The notes under the pieces: model-generated
Databases searched by the model: none
Told to the model about the DNA's origin: nothing
The model's input: the letters and a program-made list of their open reading frames with translations, nothing else
Shown: positions 1 through 9,180 of the stretch, in pieces
Position numbering within the stretch: position 1 is the stretch's first letter
Layout: each line of letters starts with the position of its first letter
DNA from: Microcoleaceae cyanobacterium
GTDB lineage: Bacteria > Cyanobacteriota > Cyanobacteriia > Cyanobacteriales > Microcoleaceae
DNA: 18,977 bases
NCBI GenBank assembly: GCA_049647275.1
Contig: JBARXI010000674.1
Location: forward strand, 1-18,977
Reading direction: 5' to 3'
Program-made: the position numbers and the translations under genes

Positions 1-250
1 GCATAATATCGAGTCGCAGTTTCCTTTGAGATTCGAGGCGATAAAATTTCTGCCTATCGAGAATATTTAGGCAGCAATGGTAAATCAAATTAGATGAAAT
101 AAAAGTTTGTTTCAGTTGTTCATAATATTAAGTCGTGGTTTCCTTTGATATTTGAGGCGATAAAATTTCTGCCTATCGAGAATATTTAGGCAGCAATGGT
201 AAATTAAATTAGATGAAATAAAAATTATTTCAGCCGTGCATAATTAAGTT
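1..250. repeat. Tandem direct repeat, 119-bp period: two full units (1-119, 120-238) and about 12 bp of a third. Each unit carries a 7-bp-stem hairpin.
   Basis: Unit 1 (gcataatatcgag...) recurs from 120/121 with 119-bp spacing. The central stretch gaggcgataaaatttctgcctatcgagaatatttaggcagcaatggtaaat is identical in both units. Hairpins CTGCCTA/TAGGCAG lie at 50-74 and 169-193. gcataat restarts at 238, then similarity decays. The array touches the window edge, so it may extend upstream. Confidence 0.85.
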
Positions 251-424
251 ATAAGAGTCTTAATTAAGAGATAGTATTTTTAAAATAAACGAGGTACACA
301 AGTTTGAAATTGTCAGGAATACCGAAGTACAGAATAGGCGAAAATATTGTATTTCATTAATATAACAACCGCTATATACTGACTATATAAATAGCTAAAT
401 TATTGAATATTGGTAGATACTGAA

Positions 425-3400
425 ATGTTTACTATTAACTCATACAATATTTTTTCTCTGAGAACTCCAGGAGGCGATCGCTTCACAGAATTTGTTGATG
501 CGTTGATTAGAGCTGAGGCATATTCTCAAGGTATCCCAATGTCAGGAATTTCAACTAATCTACGAACTAATCTAGGGGATGGGGGTGTTGATAGTGAAGT
601 TCGTCAAGCTATTCCCACCAGTCAAACTGGATGGTTTAGCGTACCCACCTGCTGGCAGTATAAGGCAACTCAATTTAAAGCAATTTCTGACTCGGAACTT
701 CTGAAAGAAGTTAACAACTATTATGCAAAAGAATTAATTCAAAAAAATTATGGTTATCGGTTTTGTATATGTGATGATTTAACTCCAACTAAGAAAAGTA
801 AATGGGAAAAAATTCTTAATGATGAAGTTAAAAAGCTCAATTCTTTAGCAGAAGCTCAGGTAGTTACTGCTTCTGATTTAGCTGCATGGGCTAGTCAATA
901 TCCAGCAGTTATCGTTCGATTTTTTAAACCAGAACTTTTAAGTTGTCTTACTTTTGAAGATTGGGGAGAAAGAATAACCGAATTAACTCCTAAATTTGTA
1001 GAAATAAAAAGTTGGGATTCTGTTGAACAGAGAATTATTGAACATACTAACTTTAACCTTCCTTGCCACAAAGTTATTTTGCCAATTCAAGGTGAATCAG
1101 GAGTTGGAAAAACCAGGTTAGTCTATGAATCATTATTAACTGTTGGGGCAATTTCATTAGTGGTCTATACGAAAGATAATCGAGCCTTAAAAATTGCCTA
1201 TTCATTAGTTCGGGATACCTCAACAAAAGCGATATTAATTGCAGATGAATGTTTGCCAGAAACTCAAGAAAAACTCAAATATATTCTGAACAAAATTAAA
1301 GACAGAGTACGGGTTATTTGTATTGATAATTCTGGAGAAGGTATTTCTTTTACAGAACAGGTTTGGCTAACTCGGATACCAGAAAATGAGCTTGATAAAA
1401 TATTAGAGCAAAATTTTGAAACAGTTTCTCCACAACGTCGTCTTACTTATGTCAGACTATCAAAAGGTTTTGTAAGATTAGCAGCAGACCTCTGTACTCA
1501 AGATGCTAATATTATTGCTCAAGGAAACTTCGGTTCGGTTTTGCAGGATGTGAGAAGTTATCTCAAACTAAGGTTGAATTATGACGATCAAAAGCTCAGG
1601 ATAATAGAAGCAATTTCATTATTTCAAAAAGTAGGATATCGTGACAATGTTAAAGCAGAACTCGAAGAACTGTGTCAAATTACAAGTCTGAAATTAGATA
1701 AAGAAAACCTTCTAGAAATAGCGAGCCGTTTGAAAGACATACCAGGTTTTTTTGCATTTGCCGGACGTTATATTTATATCACCCCAGAAATTATTGCTCA
1801 AGTGACATTTGAGGGAGCATGGCAGAGATGGATAGAATATGACCCCGATGCTTTTCTTTCACAAATTCCAGTATCTTTAATTGAGTCATTTCTCTATAGT
1901 GTTTCTACCAGAGCTTCCCAAGAAAATCGTAGTATTGTCGCTCGATTTTTTCGGAATTTGATTGCTGAATTTAAACCGAATGATTTAACTGATTTTGCCA
2001 AGGTTAACCGTCTAGTTATTTTAGTAAAAACTGACCCTGAATATTATTTTCCAAGGCTGGCACAAATAATTGATAAATCTTCAGAAGCAGAGCTGTTGAA
2101 AGTATCTGGTGGTTATTGGGAAAATTGGGGAACTAGAAGATTATTAGTATGGCTAGTAGAAAGTATAGCTGCATTTCCCGAATTTTTCTTTGATGCAGAG
2201 TCAATACTTTGGAAGTTAGCATTAGCAGAAACAGAACCTAATTTAGCTAATAATGCTACAAGAATTTGGCAACAACTATTTCAAATTTTAAATTCGGGAA
2301 CAGCAACTCCATTTATCACTAGAATTAAGAGACTAGAGGAAAGGTTATTTACTGAAAATAAAGAGGAAACATCTCTAGCGCTAGAAGGCTTAAGTAATAG
2401 TCTAAAAATAAACATAGTATGGAGTGTTGTTGATTTATCTGTATTTGCTGGTCGAATTGTACCTAAAAATTGGCAACCTGAAAATTCCTCAGAACTAAAA
2501 GAATGTCTTGACTTAGCAGTGAATCTTTTAATTAAAGTTGCCAGTGCCGATAATTCTTTTCTTCGTCTTAGTGCACTGCAAATAGCAATACAGCATCTCA
2601 GGACTTTGCTACTAAATAATTATCTAGACAAAATTAAGACAGTTTTCATACCAGAAAAATTACCAGAAGATATTCTGTTGTCTTTAATCAATAAATTAGA
2701 ATATTTTGTCCGATTCAATCCTAATTTAAATGTAGATATTCAGCAATGGCTTCAAAATTTAACTCCTAATAATTTACATGGCAGGTTAATTCAGATATTA
2801 AGTCAATCTCCTTGGTCTCATTCACGAATAGAAAATCAGGAATCTTGGTATCAAGAAATCGATGAAATTGCTCAACAGTTTTGCCAAAATCCAGAACTTC
2901 TTATATCGGAGATGAAATGGCTTTGCTCCCCTCAAGCAATTAGTTCTTGGGCATTAGGTAATGCACTAGGAAAATACGATACTCAAGCAGTTTGTTTAAA
3001 AGCAATTATGAATGGAGCTACAAACACATCGGCTACTGATTTAGCAAGAGAATATATCAGCAGTTTAGTAATTAATTATCCACGACATATAGCCTTAGTT
3101 AATAATTGGATTGACAAACTAGAAACCCAAGTACCAAAAATTGCCTATGAACTATTTATGGCAGGGGGTCATGCGACTAAAGCAATCGAAAGAACTTTAA
3201 ACCTAATTGATAAAGCAGTCTTGCCATTAGCATATCTTGATAGATTTAGTCTGATGATTGCTAAACATCAACTTTCAGCAGAAGACTTTGGTGAAATTCT
3301 TAAACCCTTGATTCAGTCTGTAAAAGAAGAGAAAAATATATCTGCAATTGAGACAACAATTAGATTAGTTTCCCATCAGCTTAGGATTGAAGAAACTGAA

Positions 3401-4102
3401 AAATCATCCCAATTTTTAGCAAAAACTACCATTCAGAATTTGATTTGGGAGTTATTAGAAGCTACTACAGAAGAAACTGGTAGAGAATATGAATCTTGGG
3501 CAGAGATTATCATAAAAATGGCAAAATATAATATTGAAAAAGTTGCTCGAATCACTAGCTCTGCACTGGTAACTAAAAATGATGAGCATAAATTTAGAGC
3601 CGAGGAAATATTAATAGACTTAGCAAAAGATTATCCAGAAATAGTAATAGAACAAATAGGAGAAATCATTTTATATGAACAACAAGGATGGCATTTTTTG
3701 ATTGCACAATACCCCTTCCTAATTCAACCTCTTCCACTTGATACTGTGAAAAAATGGCTTAGTTTAGTTGGTGTGGAGGGAGCTCGAAAAATTGCCGAAC
3801 AACTTCCTATTCCTTATATTAATCAAGACGGTAAAGCTGTCGTTCCCCCTCTTACAGAATTTGTTTTCTCAGAATTTAAAGATGATGATGAAACCTTCCA
3901 AAAATTTTGTTACAGCTCACATAACCTGCAGGTTTATTCTGGAGATATAAAAGCTCACAAAAAGAAGGAAGCTGAAGATGCTAAAAAATTTCTCAACCAT
4001 CCCCTGCGAAGAATAAAGGAATGGGCATTATATGAAATTGATAACTCTAAACAAGAAGCTGAATATTGGCATCAGATTGATAATGAAACTAGCATCCCCT
4101 AA
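425..4102 (+). CDS. Large multidomain protein: N-terminal Mrr/PD-(D/E)xK-like nuclease motif, P-loop NTPase, and a long C-terminal region inferred to be alpha-helical repeats (Avs/STAND-like candidate defence NTPase)
   Basis: Uninterrupted ORF of 1230 codons from TTG 410; the first ATG is at 425. GDGGVD (575-592) followed by WQYK (653-664) resembles the Mrr-type D...QxK nuclease core. Walker A GESGVGKT is at 1091-1114 and Walker B-like AILIADEC at 1229-1252. The remaining roughly 900 aa show no motif I can recognise, so the helical-repeat call is inference. Confidence 0.65.
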   Translation: MFTINSYNIFSLRTPGGDRFTEFVDALIRAEAYSQGIPMSGISTNLRTNLGDGGVDSEVRQAIPTSQTGWFSVPTCWQYKATQFKAISDSELLKEVNNYYAKELIQKNYGYRFCICDDLTPTKKSKWEKILNDEVKKLNSLAEAQVVTASDLAAWASQYPAVIVRFFKPELLSCLTFEDWGERITELTPKFVEIKSWDSVEQRIIEHTNFNLPCHKVILPIQGESGVGKTRLVYESLLTVGAISLVVYTKDNRALKIAYSLVRDTSTKAILIADECLPETQEKLKYILNKIKDRVRVICIDNSGEGISFTEQVWLTRIPENELDKILEQNFETVSPQRRLTYVRLSKGFVRLAADLCTQDANIIAQGNFGSVLQDVRSYLKLRLNYDDQKLRIIEAISLFQKVGYRDNVKAELEELCQITSLKLDKENLLEIASRLKDIPGFFAFAGRYIYITPEIIAQVTFEGAWQRWIEYDPDAFLSQIPVSLIESFLYSVSTRASQENRSIVARFFRNLIAEFKPNDLTDFAKVNRLVILVKTDPEYYFPRLAQIIDKSSEAELLKVSGGYWENWGTRRLLVWLVESIAAFPEFFFDAESILWKLALAETEPNLANNATRIWQQLFQILNSGTATPFITRIKRLEERLFTENKEETSLALEGLSNSLKINIVWSVVDLSVFAGRIVPKNWQPENSSELKECLDLAVNLLIKVASADNSFLRLSALQIAIQHLRTLLLNNYLDKIKTVFIPEKLPEDILLSLINKLEYFVRFNPNLNVDIQQWLQNLTPNNLHGRLIQILSQSPWSHSRIENQESWYQEIDEIAQQFCQNPELLISEMKWLCSPQAISSWALGNALGKYDTQAVCLKAIMNGATNTSATDLAREYISSLVINYPRHIALVNNWIDKLETQVPKIAYELFMAGGHATKAIERTLNLIDKAVLPLAYLDRFSLMIAKHQLSAEDFGEILKPLIQSVKEEKNISAIETTIRLVSHQLRIEETEKSSQFLAKTTIQNLIWELLEATTEETGREYESWAEIIIKMAKYNIEKVARITSSALVTKNDEHKFRAEEILIDLAKDYPEIVIEQIGEIILYEQQGWHFLIAQYPFLIQPLPLDTVKKWLSLVGVEGARKIAEQLPIPYINQDGKAVVPPLTEFVFSEFKDDDETFQKFCYSSHNLQVYSGDIKAHKKKEAEDAKKFLNHPLRRIKEWALYEIDNSKQEAEYWHQIDNETSIP

Positions 4103-4182
4103 TCTTTCTTGTTGAATAAATAAAGGTTGCATCCAGTAGATTTTTTCTCAATCTTCAAGTGATAAATTGCTATTCTTCAGTT

Positions 4183-4329
4183 ATATTATGTCCGGATAAT
4201 TAGGTATAAAAAAACTTTCTGTTTCCTATTCTCCTTGATCTTTATTTTTCCTCCCTGTTCCCTGTTCCCTGTTCCCTGTTCCCTATTACCTATTACCGTT
4301 TATTACAACTATTCAACCGGACATGATAT
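4183..4329. repeat. Hairpin element with 13-bp terminal inverted repeats enclosing an STRR-like heptamer array (CCCTGTT x4 plus degenerate CCCTATT/ACCTATT)
   Basis: atattatgtccgg (4183-4195) matches the reverse complement of ccggacatgatat (4317-4329) at 12/13 positions. Four perfect CCCTGTT heptamers span 4253-4280, with degenerate units to about 4301. The element lies between the convergent ends of the NTPase and VOC genes. Confidence 0.8.
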
Positions 4330-4334
4330 TACAT

Positions 4335-5351
4335 TCACTTACTAACTAAATTCCAAAAATATCCATCAGGAGCAACAAAAGAAAAACTCTGTTCCCCAAA
4401 CTCATTACTAACAATATCCGTCACCTTTTCAGCAACAGAATTTTTAACCCGATGAAAATAAAAATCTATATCCCCCACTCGATAAGTATACAAAGACATT
4501 CCCAAACAACCAGGATGCGACTTATCAAAACAACCCTCTAACTTAACCGCTTCAGGAAACCGAATAATATACATCCTACCCGACCGCGCCAACTGCCAAT
4601 TTACAGACGAACGCGGGTCATCAAAAGCAGTAACAGTAAACCTTTCCCCAGGTTGCAAATCAAAAATTTGCCTAGCCGCCTCCGAACTCTCATAACTCGT
4701 CTCATCATCATCCCGCGACCGTAACAACCCCAACACATCCTCATAAAACCGCAACGTTTCCTTACTATCATCCTGTACCACCATCCCTGCATGAGTCACC
4801 TGACTACTTTTAAAAGCAGATGCTTGATTAATATTGCCGTAGTCAGGCACATTATAATTAAAACGTTCAAACAACACCTGGCGCGTCAAGGGTTGCAACA
4901 ACATCATTTCCCGCACTCCCACCGCCGGATCGATAAATGGGCGACCCTTATCCATTTTATAAATGATCTCCCATTGGGGAGCAGTGTATTTAATAGGTAA
5001 ACCCCCCACTTTCGCATCTTCAGCATGATTATGAATATTCAAAACATCAGTCGTTAACATCGTCGCCCAACGGTTACCCTTCACTTTCATTGAACTCATT
5101 TGCAAGCCTTCATTAGTAGGGTTTTCCCAAACCATCAGCCGAATCAAACCATGATCGGAATTTTGGTGGTAAAGTCGAATAGACCGTAAACTGGAATTTA
5201 CCCCATATAAATTGTTCACTGTAGGGGCGGTTAATTCTCCTATTTGCCCGATGCGATAGCCAAACTGTTCCCAATATTGAATTATTAATAAGGGTTCGGT
5301 AATGCCAATACAGACTTCATAGATACCTTCGATAGTAGGATTTTGATTCAT
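4335..5351 (-). CDS. Two-domain VOC (glyoxalase/bleomycin-resistance/dioxygenase) superfamily protein
   Basis: Clean 338-aa ORF with an ATG start. Segments such as THAGMVVQDDSKETLRFYEDVLGLL and IEGIYEVCIGITEP...YWEQFGY resemble the beta-alpha-beta-beta-beta modules of VOC proteins. The family call is from memory of motif shape only. Confidence 0.55.
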   Translation of the reverse strand: MNQNPTIEGIYEVCIGITEPLLIIQYWEQFGYRIGQIGELTAPTVNNLYGVNSSLRSIRLYHQNSDHGLIRLMVWENPTNEGLQMSSMKVKGNRWATMLTTDVLNIHNHAEDAKVGGLPIKYTAPQWEIIYKMDKGRPFIDPAVGVREMMLLQPLTRQVLFERFNYNVPDYGNINQASAFKSSQVTHAGMVVQDDSKETLRFYEDVLGLLRSRDDDETSYESSEAARQIFDLQPGERFTVTAFDDPRSSVNWQLARSGRMYIIRFPEAVKLEGCFDKSHPGCLGMSLYTYRVGDIDFYFHRVKNSVAEKVTDIVSNEFGEQSFSFVAPDGYFWNLVSK

Positions 5352-5532
5352 ACTTTATACTTTTAGGACTTACGCAACAACTCTACATTTAGCGTTCTTT
5401 CTAAAGGACTTTACACCACTGCTAGAGTATAATAGAGCATTTTGGGTAAGTGTTGACTTTATACTTTTTTCTTAAACAGGATTTACTCTTAACTATACCA
5501 ATTCTCAAAAAAAATGCTATGCTTACATTCAT

Positions 5533-6027
5533 GTGACAACAGTAAAAAATATGGTATGTTTTGTTAAGCTAGAAATTATTGAATCGGCTAAAGAACTGAA
5601 AACAATACTAGGTCAACAAACAGAATGGAAGCAAAAACAAAGGATACAAGCTTTATACTGGCTCAAAATAGGAGCGGCTGAAACTATCGAACATATATCA
5701 GTATTATTAGGATGTCATCGTACTACTGTATCAAGATGGTTTACTATCTATAGAAAAGTTGGTATAGAAGGTTTATTGGAGAAAAAAAAAATTTCAGGTA
5801 GACCTAGAAAAATATCAGCTATAGCTGAGGAAAAGCTCAAATTTGAATTACAACAAATGGAAGGTTTTAGTAGTTATAGTGAAGTACAAATATGGTTGAA
5901 AGCAATGTGGGATATTGATTTACCATACTCAACAGTACATAGGTATGTTCGTTATGGTTTAAAAGTTAAATTAAAAGTGCAACCTCCCTTAAGAAGTAAA
6001 CAAAAACTAACGGATGTTGAATATTAA
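5533..6027 (+). CDS. IS630-family transposase N-terminal HTH fragment; the DDE catalytic domain is missing
   Basis: 164-aa ORF with a GTG start. Paired HTH region ...ISVLLGCHRTTVSRWFTIYRKVGIEGLLEKKKISGRPRKIS... and ...YSTVHRYVRYGLKVKLKVQPP.. are typical of IS630/Tc1-type OrfA. The ORF stops where the DDE domain should begin, and nothing DDE-like is readable downstream in any frame. It contains an A10 run at 5782-5791. Confidence 0.65.
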   Translation: MTTVKNMVCFVKLEIIESAKELKTILGQQTEWKQKQRIQALYWLKIGAAETIEHISVLLGCHRTTVSRWFTIYRKVGIEGLLEKKKISGRPRKISAIAEEKLKFELQQMEGFSSYSEVQIWLKAMWDIDLPYSTVHRYVRYGLKVKLKVQPPLRSKQKLTDVEY

Positions 6028-6042
6028 AAAATGGAGCGCCCG

Positions 6043-6061
6043 CTCGGAGGTTTCCTCCGAG
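6043..6061. other. GC-rich perfect hairpin (8-bp stem CTCGGAGG/CCTCCGAG, loop TTT) at the IS630 truncation point
   Basis: Read directly. It lies in a locally GC-rich patch (ggagcgcccgctcggaggtttcctccgag) and has no T-tract following, so it is not a canonical intrinsic terminator. Confidence 0.5.
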
Positions 6062-6182
6062 TAAAGACGCACCAAGAAAAATGCCATAACCTCTAGTGAA
6101 AGTGGTTAGTTAAAAAATTAAAAAAAATTAATTTATGGAAAAAGGTGATACTTAGGTGTTTATATGTTTGCGCAGTATGACC

Positions 6183-6290
6183 TAGTAGTCTGTCAACTTT
6201 GAAATGATGGATATATTTTTGTAACTTTTATTGTTGGGGTAATGCTTTTTGGGATTGGCTATCCCTCAAAACTATCTTGACAGACCACTA
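6183..6290 (+). mobile_element. MITE family A, copy 1 (about 108 bp, TIR tagtagtctgtcaa / ttgacagaccacta)
   Basis: The 14-bp terminal inverted repeats match at 13/14. The internal sequence is recognisably the reverse complement of 9181-9289 (shared aatgctttttgggatt.gcta.ccctcaaaactatcttgacagacc). Confidence 0.8.
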
Positions 6291-6908
6291 GGAAAACCAA
6301 TATCTGGTAAAAAAATCTCATAGTAAAAGTGGTCACTCTCAAATGTATAAAACCCAGACCCCTTAAAAATATAAATGTAAATATTTGCAGCTATAGCAAT
6401 CCTAAATCATTTGTAAAATTCTTGGACTTCTTAAAAACTTCCTACTTCTGCCTCCCCCCTTTCAAAGGGGGGTAGGGGGGATGCCTCCTGCCTTCCTATA
6501 GCAATAAATTTTAACGCCTACCTACTTAGTTAGCCTTAGCTGAAAAAATTCTCAAGTTAAGATAAGTAAGAGACAGAGGGCAAACATTTTATTGGTACTA
6601 ATCAGTAGTTAAGTACAAATAAATGTTTTCTACCGAATGCTGCAAAAAAAAATAAAAAATATGAAAATGAAGTTAGAAGCCAGTTTTTAAAAAGTTTTCA
6701 CTCTGGGAAATCTCCATCGCTATTTTACTAATAATGAAACCTACTTACTTATCTTTTGATGTACCTTATAACCTCTACCTAATGCTTAAGTTTTAATGAG
6801 TTATAACCAAATTTGGTTATTAAACAGTATTTATCTTCTATCCCCAAATCTTATTAGCCAAAGACTTTAACTATTTTGAATACCCTGTTACTAAGGCAAA
6901 CTTGGTAT

Positions 6909-7036
6909 TATAGCAATTCCCAAAAAGCGTGAGGTACAAAATTTTAGGTTTTAGGGAACAGGGAACACCGGAGCTGGGAACAGGGAATAAAAAGACCAAA
7001 AGATAACTGTACCTCACGACCTTGGGAAACGCTATA
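6909..7036 (+). mobile_element. MITE family C, copy 1 (128 bp): roughly 30-bp TIRs enclosing GGGAACA-type heptamer repeats
   Basis: tatagcaattcccaaaaagcgtgaggtaca (left) pairs with tgtacctcacgaccttgggaaacgctata (right). The interior is gggaacagggaacaccggagctgggaacagggaat. A second copy lies at 16357-16484. Confidence 0.8.
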
Positions 7037-7045
7037 TATAAAATT

Positions 7046-7181
7046 CAGGAATTTTTCATTCTAAACTGGGCTATTTTATCTATTTATCAAACTATATTAT
7101 TTCAAACTTTAGAGAATTTATCTTTTGCTGAGGTAAAAATCAATTTGATTCATTGGCAAAATCTAGAACGAAATGACCCTG
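7046..7181 (+). mobile_element. MITE family B, copy 1 (about 136 bp, TIR caggaatttttcattctaaa / tctagaacgaaatgaccctg)
   Basis: The element has terminal inverted repeats, and its internal blocks (tttagagaatttatctttt, attcattggcaaaatctagaacgaaatgaccctg) match the reverse complement of 9600-9733. Confidence 0.75.
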
Positions 7182-8092
7182 TATAAAATTCGATTCTACA
7201 GTTAGCCTAAAAAATTCCTTCTATAATGTAGTCTGAAAGTTCTAAAGTTAGTATCTACTTTCTCTACTGATATTCATTATAGAATATTCACTTTTTCCTA
7301 ATTCATGACTTCACTCATCACATAGTAAAGTAACTTGCTTGTCCAGATTTAATCTTAAAGACTATTCTATAGCAATATAAAAATAGTAATATAAAATGAT
7401 TTGTGAAAAATTGATGAGTTAGATAAAAAATCTGAAGCTCCTACCCCGGTAATGTAATGGTGTTTCCTAATGACAAGATATTTTTTTCACGATCGCGCGG
7501 AAGATTGCTATATGACACTTTTTGGTTGATTGAATAGTTTTTACAACATTGATTTACAGAAGCTTTAGATTTATTCGGTAAGCTCTAATTAGGATTTGCT
7601 GAAAAAATCTTTTTATGGAGGGTAAGAATTAGTCATCAGGAGCCAGGAAGAATGTGAACTAAAAAGGAGGTAATCACTAGAATTATCTGAGATTTTTTAG
7701 CCCTTATCTGTTCAAAATTATTACCTGGTTGAGCCTTTAGGAGCGAAAATCTTGCACACTCTTTGCTCCTAAAAGTACTAAAAGCTTTAGCTATTATTAC
7801 TTTCATATAGCATTTTTCAATCAGATGTAAACACACTTGTTGTTAGAAAAAGCAAAAAGCAGCAGGGAAAAAGCTAGAGGTAAAATAAATATAGAGTTTT
7901 ATTTGACAATAAAAAAAGAACTACTAAGTTGACATCTCATTTGGAAGCACTATAGTTTTTTAGCAATCCCCAATAATTCATTAACGTTTAAAAACTCTCC
8001 GCATTAAGCAAAAAAAAGAGAAAAAATTTTATTTTTAGTAGTTTTTTATGGAGAGGTTATTATGAATTATTAATTGTTGAACTACTATAAAC

Positions 8093-8226
8093 CTATCCCA
8101 GTCAGAAAATTTTTGCTCTTAACCCTAAATATTTTGAGAAAATATGTTGAGAGCCAAAAACGAAAACTTAAGCTTTTCAGACACCTTTTACTTAAACAAA
8201 TAAGCCTGTTAAAAATACTGGGATAG
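8093..8226. repeat. 134-bp segment bounded by 10-bp perfect inverted repeats (ctatcccagt / actgggatag); possible MITE just downstream of the fabD stop
   Basis: Inverted repeats read at 8093-8102 and 8217-8226. No second copy occurs in the window, so the mobile-element status is unproven. Confidence 0.4.
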
Positions 8227-8248
8227 CCTCACCAATGAAATATGATAA

Positions 8249-9124
8249 CTATATTTCCTCTAGACTACTGACATTTTTTAATTCTAAGTCTGGGCAAGTT
8301 CGTTTAATCAAACCTGTCAGAACTTTTCTCGGACCAACTTCCACCACTTTTTCTATTCCCATTTCTGATAATTTCAAGGATGTTTCTCGCCACCTTACAC
8401 CGTTTGTCATTTGTTGAGAAAGGCGCTGTTTTATTGTAGCTGCATCTGTAGTGGGACTCGGTTCAAAATTAGAGATTACTGGAACTTTTGCATCAGCGAA
8501 TTTTACAGATTCTAATATTTGTTGAAATTCTGTAGATGCAGACTGCATTAAAGGAGAATGAAACGCACCAGAAACATTTAATTTAACTGCACGTTTTGCT
8601 TTAACTTTGCTTAGTAAAGTTTCAACTGCTTCTGGTGTACCAGATATGACAACTTGAGCAGAACTATTATCATTTGCTAAAACTAGATCGGGGATTTTCT
8701 CAAGTTGTTCTTGAAGCTGTTTTTGGTCAAATCCAATTAAAGCAGCCATCTGACCGCTAGCCACATTATTCATTAATTCGGCACGTTTTTTTACTAAATT
8801 TAATCCTGTTTCAAAGTCAAATACTCCTGCCACATACAGAGCAACATATTCTCCTAAACTGTGACCGGCAACGAGGTTTGGTTGCAAAGAACGAGTCAAC
8901 ATTTCGTCTGCTAATATGCTTTCTACTACATATAAACAGGGTTGAGTATAGAGAGTTTGAGATAATTTTTCTTCTTCATTTTGGCAAATTTCTGTTATAG
9001 ACCAACCTAAAATTTGCTCGGCTTGCTCAAATTTTTCTTTGGCAGATGGCAAGTATAATAAATCTACTCCCATCCCTATTTTTTGAGAACCTTGACCGGG
9101 AAATACCCATGCTGTTTTTGTCAT
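8249..9124 (-). CDS. fabD: Malonyl-CoA:ACP transacylase FabD
   Basis: MTKTAWVFPGQGSQKIGMG N-terminus and active-site GHSLGEY are both diagnostic of FabD. The ORF track extends to a TTG at 9163, but the ATG at 9124 gives the canonical N-terminus. Confidence 0.93.
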   Translation of the reverse strand: MTKTAWVFPGQGSQKIGMGVDLLYLPSAKEKFEQAEQILGWSITEICQNEEEKLSQTLYTQPCLYVVESILADEMLTRSLQPNLVAGHSLGEYVALYVAGVFDFETGLNLVKKRAELMNNVASGQMAALIGFDQKQLQEQLEKIPDLVLANDNSSAQVVISGTPEAVETLLSKVKAKRAVKLNVSGAFHSPLMQSASTEFQQILESVKFADAKVPVISNFEPSPTTDAATIKQRLSQQMTNGVRWRETSLKLSEMGIEKVVEVGPRKVLTGLIKRTCPDLELKNVSSLEEI

Positions 9125-9180
9125 TTTGATATTATTTATATTCCTTTGATTTTGACTACTCAAATATTTTTTTCAAGCCC

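Noticed and set aside
1-250. Possible CRISPR array at the window start
   Set aside because: The units are 119 bp, directly abutting, with no unique spacers between them. This is a tandem repeat, not a repeat-spacer array. No cas genes are present in the window; IscB is not CRISPR-associated.
3768-3950. 60-aa ORF nested in another frame of the large NTPase gene
   Set aside because: It lies entirely inside a 1230-codon ORF with clear motifs and has low-complexity composition. It is most likely a frame artefact.
4193-4198. TCCGGA (heterocyst DIF-type promoter motif) upstream of an A/T-rich stretch
   Set aside because: The hexamer is part of the 13-bp terminal inverted repeat of the hairpin element. 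No -10 box lies at the appropriate roughly 17-bp spacing, so this is probably coincidental.
4601-5000. 63-aa (minus) and 69-aa (plus) ORFs overlapping the VOC gene
   Set aside because: Both are embedded in or antisense to a well-formed 338-aa ORF. Their Arg/Met-rich or His-rich sequences look like off-frame translation.
7636-7836. 66-aa ORF in the ORF-free region
   Set aside because: It has no recognisable motif and an AT-rich low-complexity sequence in a repeat-dense intergenic stretch. There is no support beyond being open.
8235-8417. 60-aa plus-strand ORF overlapping the fabD 3' end
   Set aside because: It is antisense to the strongly supported fabD CDS and has no motifs.
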